This document shows, piece after piece, positions 8,954 to 19,000 of a stretch of DNA of 64,000 nucleotides. The stretch is from an uncultured Elusimicrobia bacterium (GTDB lineage: Bacteria > Elusimicrobiota > Elusimicrobia > UBA1565 > UBA9628). Numbering within the stretch: the first letter of the stretch is position 1; every line of letters starts with the position of its first letter. Both the position numbers and the translations under genes were made by a program. The stretch spans positions 2,843 to 66,842 of the forward strand of contig CAZIBN010000007.1 of NCBI GenBank assembly GCA_964537395.1, read 5' to 3'. Below the pieces are notes generated by a model, which worked only from the letters and a program-made list of their open reading frames with translations, was not told the origin of the DNA and did not search any database.

Positions 8954-9615
8954 GGCAGGGTGGCTTTGACGCGCGCCAGCTCGGCGAGGAAGTCGCCTTC
9001 CTTCAGCACGCGCGCGCAGATCCGGGCCCCGAGATCCTGGCCGGCGGCGACGTCGCTGGGGTGATGCACTCCGGCGATGACGCGAAGGTCGCCCGCGTCA
9101 CGGCCATGGGAGGCGAGTATGCCCGCGCGGTCCGGGAACAGGCGGCCCAGGACGCAGGCGTCGAAGACGCCGGCCGCGGCGTGGGTGCTCGGGTAGGACG
9201 TAGCGCCTCCCGGCTTCTCGATGCAGGGCTGCACGCGCGCGTCGGCGCTGTAAGGGCGCGGACGCGCGAACTTCTTTTTGTAGTAGCCGGAGACCTTGGA
9301 GAGGAATTTCGAGGCGGCGTTCACGAACGGCGCGACGGCGTCCGCTTCGGCCTTGGATAGGATGCCTGAGGCTCCGAACAGGGACTGGAAATCGGGTATC
9401 GCCTGCCCGGCGGCGAGCGCGCATTGCTCGGGCTTGCGCTCGGCCTGGAGCTTCAGCAGCTGCTCGTAGTCCCGGTCGGACTCGGGAGTGCCGGCGGCTG
9501 GAGGCGTCGCCATCGGGAAATCGGTCGACGGGATGTCCTGCCACGAGGCGGCGGCAGGCCCGGCGAGAAGGAGGGCTGAAAGGGCAAGGCGGGCGGGGAA
9601 GCACGCACGGTTCAT
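8950..9615 (-). CDS. secreted PAP2-family (class A acid) phosphatase
   Basis: Signal peptide. PAP2 motifs KKKFARPRP, YPSTHAA and GVHHPSDV. The stop overlaps the tsaC start. Confidence 0.8.
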   Translation of the reverse strand: MNRACFPARLALSALLLAGPAAASWQDIPSTDFPMATPPAAGTPESDRDYEQLLKLQAERKPEQCALAAGQAIPDFQSLFGASGILSKAEADAVAPFVNAASKFLSKVSGYYKKKFARPRPYSADARVQPCIEKPGGATSYPSTHAAAGVFDACVLGRLFPDRAGILASHGRDAGDLRVIAGVHHPSDVAAGQDLGARICARVLKEGDFLAELARVKATLP

Positions 9616-9621
9616 GGGTTC

Positions 9622-9705
9622 ATTATACCGCGCCGGCCCCGTCCGTCAAGGGCCCAAAACCGGGGCCCGGGCGGAGTTGACGGCGTGCATACGGGGGGGT
9701 ATACT
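9622..9705. promoter_or_regulatory. back-to-back divergent sigma70-like promoters driving leaderless PAP2 and PPK2 transcripts
   Basis: Plus strand: TTGACG (9677-82), 17-nt spacer, TATACT (9700-05), 6 nt, ATG at 9712. Minus strand: TTGACG (9649-44), 16-nt spacer, TATAAT (9627-22), 6 nt, ATG at 9615. Confidence 0.65.
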
Positions 9706-9711
9706 GCGCTC

Positions 9712-11181
9712 ATGTTCGAGAGCGCGGAAGTCGGCCGTTCGGTGGAGAAGAAGGAGTACGAGAAGCGCGTCGCGGTCCTGCGCACTCGCATTCTCAAGGC
9801 TCAGCAGGCCCTGGCCGTCACAAGCCTGCGGCTTGTCGTCGTCGTGGGCGGCGTCGAGGGCGGAGGCAAGACCGAGGTCGCGCGCCGCTTCCTCGATTGG
9901 ATGGATCCGCGCGGCCTGAGCGTCGAGGCCTACGGAGAGCCTTCCAACGAGGAGGACGAGCGGCCCGAGTACTGGCGCTACTGGCGCACCTTGCCCTCCG
10001 GTGGACGCGGGGCGGTGCTGGTGGGCTCGTGGTACACCCGGCCCATCGTTCGCCGCACCTTCAAGGAGATCGGCTCCGGCGACTTCGATCAGGCGCTCGA
10101 TCGGGCGATGGCCTTCGAGGCCATGCTGGTCCGCGAGCAGACCGTGCTGGTGAAGCTGTGGCTTCACCTGTCCAAGAAGGGCCAGAAGCGCCGCTTCAAG
10201 GAGCTCGAGTCCGACCGCGACACCGCGTGGCGCGTGACCAAGCAGGATTGGGAGTTCTCCAAGAAATACGACCGCTTCCGAGAGGTGTGCGAGAGGGCGC
10301 TGACCAAGACCAGCGTCGCCCACGCGCCGTGGACGGTGATCGAGGCGACCGACCACCGTCATCGCGATCTGGCCGCGGGCGAGGCGGTGCTGGCGGCGCT
10401 CGAGGCCGCGCTCAAGCCGTCCTCGGCGCCGGCCGCCAAGCCCGTGCCGGACCGCGCGAAGCCGCCGAAGATCTCGATCCTCAGCCGTCTCGACCTGACC
10501 CAGCGGCTCGAGGAGGAGGATTCGAAGAAATTCCAAAAACAGCAGACGCGCGTGGCGCTCCTGTCGCGGCGCCTGCGCAAGGAGGGGCGCTCCCTTATCT
10601 GCGCCTTCGAGGGCGTGGACGCCGCGGGCAAGGGCGGCGCCATCCGCCGGCTGCTCTCCGCCATCGATGTCCGTAATGCGCGGGTCATGGCCGTGGCCGC
10701 GCCCACGGACGAGGAGCGCGAGCACCCGTACCTGTGGCGGTTCTGGCGCAACCTTCCGCGCCTGGGTCGTGCCACGATCTACGACCGCAGCTGGTACGGA
10801 CGCGTGCTCGTCGAGCGCGTCGAGGGCTTTTGCCCGGCGGAGGATTGGAAGCGCGCCTACTCCGAGATCGTGGACTTCGAGTCCGAGCTGGCCGAGGCCG
10901 GGACCATCGTCTGCAAGTTCTGGCTGCAGATCTCGCCCGAGGAGCAGCTGAAGCGCTTCAAGGAACGGGTCAAGACCCCGTTCAAGCACTACAAGATCAC
11001 CGAGGACGATTGGCGCAACCGCGGCAAGTGGGACGCCTATCAGGCCGCGGCCGTCGACCTGATCGAGAAGACGAGCACGCCCGACGCGTCCTGGACGCTC
11101 ATCGAGGCCGAGGACAAGCGATGGGCGCGGTTGAAGGTCATGAAGACCGTGGCGGATCGTCTCGAGGAAGAGCTGGGTTGA
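9712..11181 (+). CDS. ppk2: two-domain polyphosphate kinase 2 (polyP:AMP phosphotransferase type)
   Basis: Tandem PPK2 domains with Walker-A-like GVEGGGKT and FEGVDAAGKGG. Conserved EYWRYWRTLP and YLWRFWRNLP follow each. Confidence 0.85.
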   Translation: MFESAEVGRSVEKKEYEKRVAVLRTRILKAQQALAVTSLRLVVVVGGVEGGGKTEVARRFLDWMDPRGLSVEAYGEPSNEEDERPEYWRYWRTLPSGGRGAVLVGSWYTRPIVRRTFKEIGSGDFDQALDRAMAFEAMLVREQTVLVKLWLHLSKKGQKRRFKELESDRDTAWRVTKQDWEFSKKYDRFREVCERALTKTSVAHAPWTVIEATDHRHRDLAAGEAVLAALEAALKPSSAPAAKPVPDRAKPPKISILSRLDLTQRLEEEDSKKFQKQQTRVALLSRRLRKEGRSLICAFEGVDAAGKGGAIRRLLSAIDVRNARVMAVAAPTDEEREHPYLWRFWRNLPRLGRATIYDRSWYGRVLVERVEGFCPAEDWKRAYSEIVDFESELAEAGTIVCKFWLQISPEEQLKRFKERVKTPFKHYKITEDDWRNRGKWDAYQAAAVDLIEKTSTPDASWTLIEAEDKRWARLKVMKTVADRLEEELG

Positions 11182-13172
11182 GGATCGGCATCGGGCTGGG
11201 CACGGGTAAAGATCCCGCCAAGGCCGCGCGCGACGCGGTGCGTCAGGCCAAGAAGGCCGTGCCGCGACCTTCGCTAGCGCTCGTTTTTGCCGGTGTGAAG
11301 TTGGACCAAAAAAAGGTCCACGCGGCGCTGTGCCGCGTCCTCGACCCGGCCATTCTCATCGGTGGTTCCTCCTACGCCGAGATCACGCCTGCGGGCGTGA
11401 GCAAAAATTCCGTGGCGGTGCTCCTGCTCGACTACCCTCAGGCGGGCTTCGCCTTCGCGGGCTCGTGCATCGGCAAGGATCCCGCCGGCGCCGGAGAAAG
11501 GATGGCGGATGCTCTGGGGCCGCCGCCGAAACGCTGCCAGCTGGGGCTGGTGCTCTCCGGCGTCAGCGACGGACGCGACGATCGTCTGCTGCGCAAGCTT
11601 CACGAGCGGTTTCCGGGCATGCCGTTTTTCGGCGGGGTGCCTTCGGGCGACCACGACGCGGGCATGGAGAGCCCGCTGTTCTCGAAGGGCTGGCAGTACG
11701 TCGGGTCGAAGCTCGAAACCGAGGCCGCGAGCCTGACGATGATCGACCTGCCCTCGGACGTCGGCCTTGGCTTCGGCTTCGAGCATGGCTGGAGCCCGGT
11801 CGGGCCGCTGGCGCGTGTGACCAAGGCGGATGGAGCCCGTGTCATGGAGGTCGATGGCATACCCGCGATCGACTATTACCGGCAGTTCTTCGGCGCCGAC
11901 GCCTCGCGCGAGGTGATGCTCCGTTCCATCCAGCGCTTCGGCTTCGCGTTGCATCTTGAGGGGGAGTATGCCGGAAAGACCTTGATGAAGCTTCCCGTGC
12001 GAATGGATTTCAAGAAGGGCTGGATCGAGTACTATCCGCCCGAAGATCTGCAGGGCCGCCGGGTCCAGCTCATCGCGGCCAGCCGTCAGGGGCTTATCGG
12101 GGGCGCGCGTGAGGCCGCGCGGCGCGCGCTCAATGCGCTCAAGGGCCGCAAGCCCTCGCTCGTGCTCGCCGTCTCCTGCTGCACGCGCTCGTCGTGGCTC
12201 AACAGCCGCATCGACCTCGAGATGGACGCGGCGCGCGAGGTCTTCGGTCGGAACACCCCATTCTTCGGCTTCTACTCGGGCGGCGAGCTTCTTCCATTCC
12301 TGAGCAGCTTCGAGGAGGCCTCCGACGCGTCGCTGCCGTTTGGCGGCTCGTTCTATCATACGACCACGGTCGGCTTCATGGCCTTATCGGTCCCGGGCCG
12401 GGCGAAGGTGTCGGTTCCCAAGGATCTGCCTGCCGCCTGCCGCGCCGCCCAGACCCCGGAATACATGCTCGCGCGCAGCGAGACCGCCATCGACGATACC
12501 GAGTCCTTCATGGCCAATCTCAGCCGCAAGAGCGTCGAAGACGCCGCTAAGCTGCGCCTGCAGACCGAGGTCATCCGCCGCTACACGCCTCACAACGTCT
12601 GGAAGGCGGTCGGCGCGCGCGCGGCCAAGGGCGTGTACGAGCTTCCCGACGCCGCCTTCGACGGCGCCTTTCTATTCATGGACGTGAAGGGCTTCACCTC
12701 CTATTCCGAGAAGCACGCGCCGCGACAGGTCGTGGCCGCGCTCAACAAGATACTCGGCCCGGCCGCCGACCTGATCCACGCCAACGGCGGCGACGTGGAC
12801 AAGTTCGTCGGCGACTGTATCTTCGCCGCCTTCCGCAGGCCTGAGAGGGCCGTGGAGGCCGGACGCCGGATCCTCGATCTGGTCTCGCGCTTGGCCGCCG
12901 AAGGCGGCCCGTTCTCCGTGCGCATCGGCATCAACGCCGGCCGCGCCGTGCGCGCCAACGTGGGCTCCGGCGACCGCCGCGAGTACACCTACATCGGCGA
13001 CGCGGTCAACCTGGCCCAGCGCCTGGAGTCGAACGCGACTCCGGGGACCATGCTCGTCTCGGCGTCGGTGTACGTGCGCGTGAAGAAGAAGTGGCCGTGC
13101 CTCACGCGCAAGAAGCTGCTGGTGAAGGGCAAGAAGAAGGCCGTGACGGCCTACGAGCTTGTGGCCCGCTAG
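11178..13172 (+). CDS. FIST-domain sensor fused to a class III adenylate/guanylate cyclase catalytic domain
   Basis: N-terminal FIST_N/FIST_C (SLALVFAGV...SLVLAVSCCTRSSW). C-terminal cyclase motifs FLFMDVKGFTS, KFVGDCIFAAF, VRIGINAGRAV and YTYIGDAVNLAQRLES. A TTG at 11178 overlaps the ppk2 stop (TTGA) and follows an SD-like GAGGAAGAG. Confidence 0.75.
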   Translation: MRIGIGLGTGKDPAKAARDAVRQAKKAVPRPSLALVFAGVKLDQKKVHAALCRVLDPAILIGGSSYAEITPAGVSKNSVAVLLLDYPQAGFAFAGSCIGKDPAGAGERMADALGPPPKRCQLGLVLSGVSDGRDDRLLRKLHERFPGMPFFGGVPSGDHDAGMESPLFSKGWQYVGSKLETEAASLTMIDLPSDVGLGFGFEHGWSPVGPLARVTKADGARVMEVDGIPAIDYYRQFFGADASREVMLRSIQRFGFALHLEGEYAGKTLMKLPVRMDFKKGWIEYYPPEDLQGRRVQLIAASRQGLIGGAREAARRALNALKGRKPSLVLAVSCCTRSSWLNSRIDLEMDAAREVFGRNTPFFGFYSGGELLPFLSSFEEASDASLPFGGSFYHTTTVGFMALSVPGRAKVSVPKDLPAACRAAQTPEYMLARSETAIDDTESFMANLSRKSVEDAAKLRLQTEVIRRYTPHNVWKAVGARAAKGVYELPDAAFDGAFLFMDVKGFTSYSEKHAPRQVVAALNKILGPAADLIHANGGDVDKFVGDCIFAAFRRPERAVEAGRRILDLVSRLAAEGGPFSVRIGINAGRAVRANVGSGDRREYTYIGDAVNLAQRLESNATPGTMLVSASVYVRVKKKWPCLTRKKLLVKGKKKAVTAYELVAR

Positions 13173-14632
13173 GGGATCAGGATGCCGGCGATGTTGGCGG
13201 TCATGAAGGTGGCGATGGCGCCGACCACCATGGCCTTGAGGCCGAGCTTGGCGAGGTCGTGGCGGCGCGTGGGGGCGATGCCGGAGATGCCTCCGATCTG
13301 GATCGCGATCGAGGAGAAGTTCGCGAAGCCCGAGAGCGCGTAGCTCACGATGACGACCGAGCGGTGCGTGAGAGGCTGGCCCGACTTGAGGATGTCGGTT
13401 AGCTGCAGGTACGCGACGAACTCATTGAGAACGGTCTTGACGCCGATGAGCTTGCCCACCGTCCAGCAATCCTGCGTGGGCACGCCCATGAGCCAGGCGA
13501 GCGGCCAGCCGAGGACGGCCAGCAGGTTCTCGAGGCTGATCTGCGGGTAGCCGACCCAGACCCCGGCGGCCTTGAGCATCCCGTTGAGCATCGCGATCAG
13601 GGCGATGAAGGCCAGGAGCATCGCGGCGACGTTGAAGGCGAGCGCCAGGCCTTCGGAAGCGCCGCGCGCGGCCGCGTCGATCACGTTCGCGTCGAGCTTC
13701 TCGCGGCCCATCTTGACGTGCCCGAGCGTCTTGGGGATGCCGGTCTCGGGCATCGCGATCTTCGCGCACACGAGCGCCGCCGGGGCGGACATCACGGACT
13801 GGGCGATCAGATGGCCGGCGATGTCGGGGAAGTACGGGTGAAGCATGCCGACATACGCCGCGAGCACGCCGCCCGCGGTGTTGGCGAAGCCGCCGACCAT
13901 GACGGCCAGGAGCTCGGAGTTGGTCATCTCCGCGACGTAGGGCTTGACCACGAGCGGGGCCTCGGTCTGGCCGACGAATATGTTCGCGGCCGTGGACAAA
14001 GTCTCGGCGCCGGAGGTCTTCATCGTCTTGAACATGACGACCGCGAAGATGTCGACGATCCACTGCATGATCCCGATGTGATAGCCGACGGTCATGAGCG
14101 CGGAGACGAAGATGATGGTGGGCAGGACGTTGAAGGCGAAGTTGATCATCGGCGCCTCGATCTTGCCGGTGATGAAGGAGCCGAACAGGAACTTCGTGCC
14201 CTCGCCCGTGAAGCCGAGAAGCGCCATCGTCCCGTCGTTGAGCTTCGAGAAGAACCACAGGCCGGGCGTGGTCTTGAGGACGATGATGCCGAAGATGAGC
14301 TGAAGCGCCATGCCCCAGGCGACGAGCGTCCAGTTGATCTTCTTGCGATCGGTGGACATCAGCCAGCACAGCCCGACCAGGGCGAACAGGCCGAAGAAGG
14401 AGGTCGAGCGCTGGAGGACTGTGCTGGGCGGCTCCGCCGCCCTGCGAGCTTCCATCTCCGCGCGGATCAGATCGGCCTGGGACGGGGCGTCCGCGGATGC
14501 GGCGGAGGCCGCGGCCTTCTCCTTTGGGACGGCGGCTGAGAAGGCGGCGGTTCCGAGGGCTCCGAAGAGGCCGCATAGAGCGAAAAGGGCCCAAACACGT
14601 CCGAGGCGGCGCACCGAGGGGGGGAGGGTCAT
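13169..14632 (-). CDS. nupC: concentrative nucleoside transporter (NupC/CNT family)
   Basis: CNT core motifs (GFANTAGG, GISGIAP) with a roughly 80-aa N-terminal extension. TACAAT lies 6 nt upstream of the ATG at 14632 (leaderless). Confidence 0.8.
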   Translation of the reverse strand: MTLPPSVRRLGRVWALFALCGLFGALGTAAFSAAVPKEKAAASAASADAPSQADLIRAEMEARRAAEPPSTVLQRSTSFFGLFALVGLCWLMSTDRKKINWTLVAWGMALQLIFGIIVLKTTPGLWFFSKLNDGTMALLGFTGEGTKFLFGSFITGKIEAPMINFAFNVLPTIIFVSALMTVGYHIGIMQWIVDIFAVVMFKTMKTSGAETLSTAANIFVGQTEAPLVVKPYVAEMTNSELLAVMVGGFANTAGGVLAAYVGMLHPYFPDIAGHLIAQSVMSAPAALVCAKIAMPETGIPKTLGHVKMGREKLDANVIDAAARGASEGLALAFNVAAMLLAFIALIAMLNGMLKAAGVWVGYPQISLENLLAVLGWPLAWLMGVPTQDCWTVGKLIGVKTVLNEFVAYLQLTDILKSGQPLTHRSVVIVSYALSGFANFSSIAIQIGGISGIAPTRRHDLAKLGLKAMVVGAIATFMTANIAGILIP

Positions 14633-14680
14633 GGAGGAATTGTAGCATGGGGTCGCGCGAACTTTTCTATGCTCTCCCCC

Positions 14681-15913
14681 ATGAACAAGGATGCCTCCAA
14701 GCGCAACGCGGCCGCCGCCGTCCTCCTCGCGGCCCTCGGCTATTTCGTCGATATCTACGACCTGATCCTGTTCAGCATCGTGCGCGTGGCGAGCCTCAAG
14801 GACATCGGGGTCGCCCCGGAAAAGATGCTCGACACCGGCCTCCTGTTGATCAACATGCAGATGATCGGCATGCTGATCGGCGGGCTGCTGTGGGGCATCC
14901 TCGGCGACAAGAAAGGGCGGCTGTCGGTTCTGTTCGGCTCGATCGCGATGTACTCGATCGCCAACATCGCCAACGGCTTCGTTCACTCGATCCCTGCCTA
15001 CGCTGTCTGGCGCTTCGTCGCCGGGATCGGCCTCGCGGGAGAGCTCGGCGCGGGCATCACGCTCGTCTGCGAGCTGATGCCCAAGGAGACCCGCGGCTAC
15101 GGCACGATGGTCGTGGCCGGCGTCGGCATCGCGGGCGGCGTCGTGGCCGGCCTCGTCGGCGACTGGTTCGGCTGGCGCAACGCCTACTTCATCGGCGGCG
15201 CGATGGGCCTGGCCTTGCTGACCTTGCGCGTCGGCGTCTACGAGTCGGGCATCTTCGACAAGGTGCTCAAGGATTCTTCGGTCAAGCGCGGCGATTTCTT
15301 CATGCTGTTCGCGACCAAGGATCGAGTGCTTCGCTATCTGTCCTGCATCGCGCTCGGCATCCCGGTCTGGTTCGTGATCGGCATACTCGCGACCTTCGCG
15401 CCCGAGTTCGGCAAGGCGCTGGAGATGCCCGTTCTTCCGACCGGCTCCCGCGCGGTGATGTGGCTGTACGCCGGCTGCGCGCTGGGCGATTTCGCGAGCG
15501 GCGGCCTGAGCCAGCTGCTGCGCAGCCGCAAGAAGGCGGCGCTTATCTTTGTAATCGCGACGGCCATGACGTGCGCGGTGTATCTGAATCTTCAGGGCGC
15601 TTCGCTTCGAACGTTCTACTGGACCTGCGGCTTTCTTGGGTTCTTCTCCGGCTACTGGGCGATCTTCGTGACCATCGCCTCAGAGCAGTTCGGCACGAAC
15701 ATCCGTGCGACTGCGACCACGACCGTCCCCAACTTCGTTCGCGGCTCGCTGGTCGTCGTATCGGCCTTGTTCCAGTTCCTTAAGCCGGGTCAGGGCATAC
15801 TCGGCGCCGCCGGCATCGTCGGCACGCTCTGCTTCGCCCTGGCCCTGTTCTCGCTTTTGGGCTTGCGCGAAACCTTCGCCAAAGACCTCGACTACCTAGA
15901 ACCCCACATGTAA
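14681..15913 (+). CDS. MFS transporter
   Basis: 12 TM. MFS motif GILGDKKGR. TATGCT lies 7 nt upstream of the ATG at 14681. An alternative ATG is at 14669. Confidence 0.75.
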   Translation: MNKDASKRNAAAAVLLAALGYFVDIYDLILFSIVRVASLKDIGVAPEKMLDTGLLLINMQMIGMLIGGLLWGILGDKKGRLSVLFGSIAMYSIANIANGFVHSIPAYAVWRFVAGIGLAGELGAGITLVCELMPKETRGYGTMVVAGVGIAGGVVAGLVGDWFGWRNAYFIGGAMGLALLTLRVGVYESGIFDKVLKDSSVKRGDFFMLFATKDRVLRYLSCIALGIPVWFVIGILATFAPEFGKALEMPVLPTGSRAVMWLYAGCALGDFASGGLSQLLRSRKKAALIFVIATAMTCAVYLNLQGASLRTFYWTCGFLGFFSGYWAIFVTIASEQFGTNIRATATTTVPNFVRGSLVVVSALFQFLKPGQGILGAAGIVGTLCFALALFSLLGLRETFAKDLDYLEPHM

Positions 15914-15916
15914 GGC

Positions 15917-16007
15917 GGTGTCAGGCTTTCACATTCGCGCAATTCTCACCGCGCCGCTCCATCCCGCATGAGGAATTGCGCGAATGTGAAAGCCTGACAC
16001 CTTTTTT
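15917..16007 (+). terminator. rho-independent terminator: 29-bp perfect stem (termini GGTGTCAGGC/GCCTGACACC) plus T6
   Basis: GGTGTCAGGCTTTCACATTCGCGCAATTC..GAATTGCGCGAATGTGAAAGCCTGACACC followed by TTTTTT, directly after the MFS stop. It shares outer arms with the element at 3401-3468. Confidence 0.75.
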
Positions 16008-16016
16008 AAGCTGCGC

Positions 16017-19000
16017 CTATTGTGTCTTCAGCCAGCGAGCGAGCTTGAGGTAGACGAGCGCGACGCCGGTGTAGAAGGCGGCGAACATCCAGAAGGTCGC
16101 TGTGCCGAAGCCAGCGAACAAGCCGCCCCACAGCAGGAAGCCCGCGACGAAGCTCAGGTAGGTCAAGGTTCGGATCGCGCCGAGGATGCTGCCCGCGAGC
16201 GCCTTGTCCTCCTTGGGGATGCGGTCCTTCATGATGGTGTCGAGGTGGATGATCGCCATCTGGCTCGTGAAGCCGATCAGGAGCAGGAGCGGGGAGATCG
16301 GGAAGATCGGCCATACGAAGGTGAACAGCACGGTCTGGCTGACGAAGGCCCAGGAGCCGAGCATCGCGGCCGCGGTCCAGATCAGGGACTTGGCCGCGCT
16401 CTTTGCGTATAGCTTGCGGCCCGCGTCATCGCGCTCAGCCTCGGGCAGCAGCGCGGTCTTCTTATCGATGAGGCGGCTAAGGCGGTCCATCGCGAGCGCG
16501 CCGAACAGCGCTCCCACGCCGTAGAGGCCGGTCAGCGATCCCGCGACGGCGGCCGCGTGCTTCGGATCGCCGGCGACGTAGGCGCCGAAGGCCGTGGCGA
16601 TGATGTAGTACATCATGTACAGGAAGCTGGAAAGAAGGATGTATCCTAAAAGGGGCTTGGCGATGCCGGGGTTCTTGAACACGCCACGGAAGCCCGCGCC
16701 CCAGCCCGCTTTCTTCGCCTCGACGGCCGCGGCCGGCGTGGCCTTGGGCAGCTTGAGCAGGAAGGCCAGGCCCGCCGCGATCGCGAAGGCGACGGGCGCG
16801 GGGTAGATCACCGCGCCGAAGCCGAATGCGGCGATGGCGAGGCCCATCGCCGAGGCGACGAACACGGTCCCGTACTCGATGAAGTCACGGAAGGAGCCGA
16901 AGCGGCTCGACGAGGTCGGCTTGTCGTGGAACCAGGCGACCTGGAGCTTGTGCTCGGCGACGCGGCCGATCGAGTGGAAGAAGTAGTCGAGGCTGAACAG
17001 GCCGATGAGTGCTGCGAGCGGCAAGGTGCCGGTCAGCGGGTTGAACAGCAAGGCGATCGTGATCCAGATGCCGGTGCGCACGGTGAGGACGGTGCGGTAG
17101 GTGCGGCTGATGCCGAACTTATCCACCCAGCGGCCGCCGAACAGCGCGCCGGCGGTGTAGGCGAGGTAGCTCACGACGGTCAGGCCCGCGAGCGCCAGGA
17201 AGCCCTGGGTCAGCGGCTGGGTCATTTGGGAAACGGCGAGCGAGGTCGACTCGACGACGGTCGAGACGAGCACGAAGGTCGAGAGGAAGCCGAGCACGAC
17301 CTTAGAGAAGAGCCCAGGTGCAGGCGTCGGCGCGGCTTCCGCCGCAGGCGGAAGCTGCGACGACGGGGACTGCGTCTTCAGTTCCGGTACGAGGTCCTGA
17401 GCAGTCGGCTGCTGATAGTCGCCGCGCGCGCGCACGATCTCGCCGTTGTCGCGCTTGATCTTCAGGACCAGGCGGCGCGAGGCCAGGAGCGCGGAGCGGA
17501 TCGCGTCGCGCCAGGTCTTGCCCTTGCCGATGATCTCCGCCCACTCTTCATAGGCGTTGCCCTTGGCCGCGACGATGCGGTCGCCCGCCTCGACGAACAC
17601 TCGCGCGAGCTCGACGCCGGGAACCTTGCGCGCGGCCTCGAGGCCTTCGACGGACTCGAGCGTGCCGTTGCGGCTGGAGGCGAGGAAGGTGTAATGGATG
17701 ACGCCGTCGGGCGTGTGCCCGGGGTCGACCTTCAGGCCGAGTATGGAGCGCAGTCCTTGTTCCACGAGACTCATGCCGGTCAGGCTCTTCACTGCCTGCC
17801 AGATCGCGACGCCGCCCATGAAGGGATTGATCTCGATGACGCGCGGGCCGTCGGGGGTGGAGAACAGGTCGAGGCGCGCGTTGCCGTCTTTGAGGCCGAG
17901 CGCCTTGAGGGCGCGCTCGGAGGCGGCGATGAGCTCAGCGTGGTCCGCGACGGCCGTCTGTCCGGGGAACACGAGAATGCCGCCGGCGAGCTCGCCCTTC
18001 TGCCCTAGGCCCTTGGTATCGGAGACGATCGCGAAGGCGGCCTTGCCGTCCTGCATGACGACCTCGACGGAGGTCTCCTCGGTGCCCGGGTTCTTCTCGA
18101 GCATGCGCTCCATCATGAGGCCCGGGTGCGTGCTGAAGGTGGTCTGCCTGGCTTCGGGGCGGGCGACGAAGTCGCGCACGGCCGCGTCCATCTTGAGGTA
18201 GGCGGCGGCGGCCTCGTTCTCGGACTTGATGTTTAGGTCGAGGAAGCGGCTGTTCTCGCCGCGGCTGGTCTTGATCATGACCTTGTACTTGCCTTCCTCG
18301 GAGATCTCGTGGTACGCCTGGCGCGCCTCCTTCTCGCTTCCGATCACCGCGTACGCGACGTGCTGGCTCGCGTCCACGTTGAGGCGCTTGCGTGCCTCCG
18401 GCTTGTTGTCGGCCGCGGCGACGACATCGCCGGCGATGCCTTTTGCGCCGAGCTTGTCGGTGATCCTGCCGGTCAGGCTCGCGTACAGGCTCATGAAGCC
18501 GACGACCGCGTGCGCCTTCGCGCCTTCGGGGTGCGCGGCGACGGTCTCCGCGATCTTGCCCATCGTCTTGCCGTCGCGGGTGTTGATGGGCGCGGCGATG
18601 AAATTCGAGTCCGGAATGCTGTCGATGGAATTCTTGCGGTTCGCGGGATCGTCCACGAGCACGAGGTTGAGCCCGAGCTCCTTGGCGACGCGCAGAGCTT
18701 CCTGCATGATGAACGGGCGCGAGCCCTTCGTGCCGACCATGACGACGGTCTTGCCGCGAACCGCCGCTTCCGCCGCGGCCGCGGGAGAGAGCGCGATGAC
18801 GGACGCAGGCTGTGCCGAGGCGGGAGAAGGGCTCGCGGGCTCCGGCAGCGCCGAGGCGGCCGGGAGGATCGGGGCCTGTGCGGCGATCGCGGCCGGAACG
18901 GAGGCGCGTTCGAGAGGAACCGGCGCGCCCGAGGCCTGCAACGAAGGAGCGGACAGCGAGCCGAACGAAGGAGAGAGGAGCGATATGACGGATACGTTCG

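Noticed and set aside
9646-10989. 447-aa minus ORF antisense to ppk2, plus the +ORF at 9897-10676
   Set aside because: Alternative-frame artefacts inside a gene with two clear PPK2 domains.
11178-13172. Cyclase considered as a Pycsar/CBASS-type defence cyclase
   Set aside because: It has an N-terminal FIST sensor. No cNMP-binding or TIR/TM effector is adjacent, and the downstream gene is convergent nupC. Signalling is more likely.
13422-14648. Alternative-frame ORFs (408 aa minus strand, 273 aa plus strand) inside nupC
   Set aside because: Arg-rich junk composition. The nupC frame has CNT motifs.
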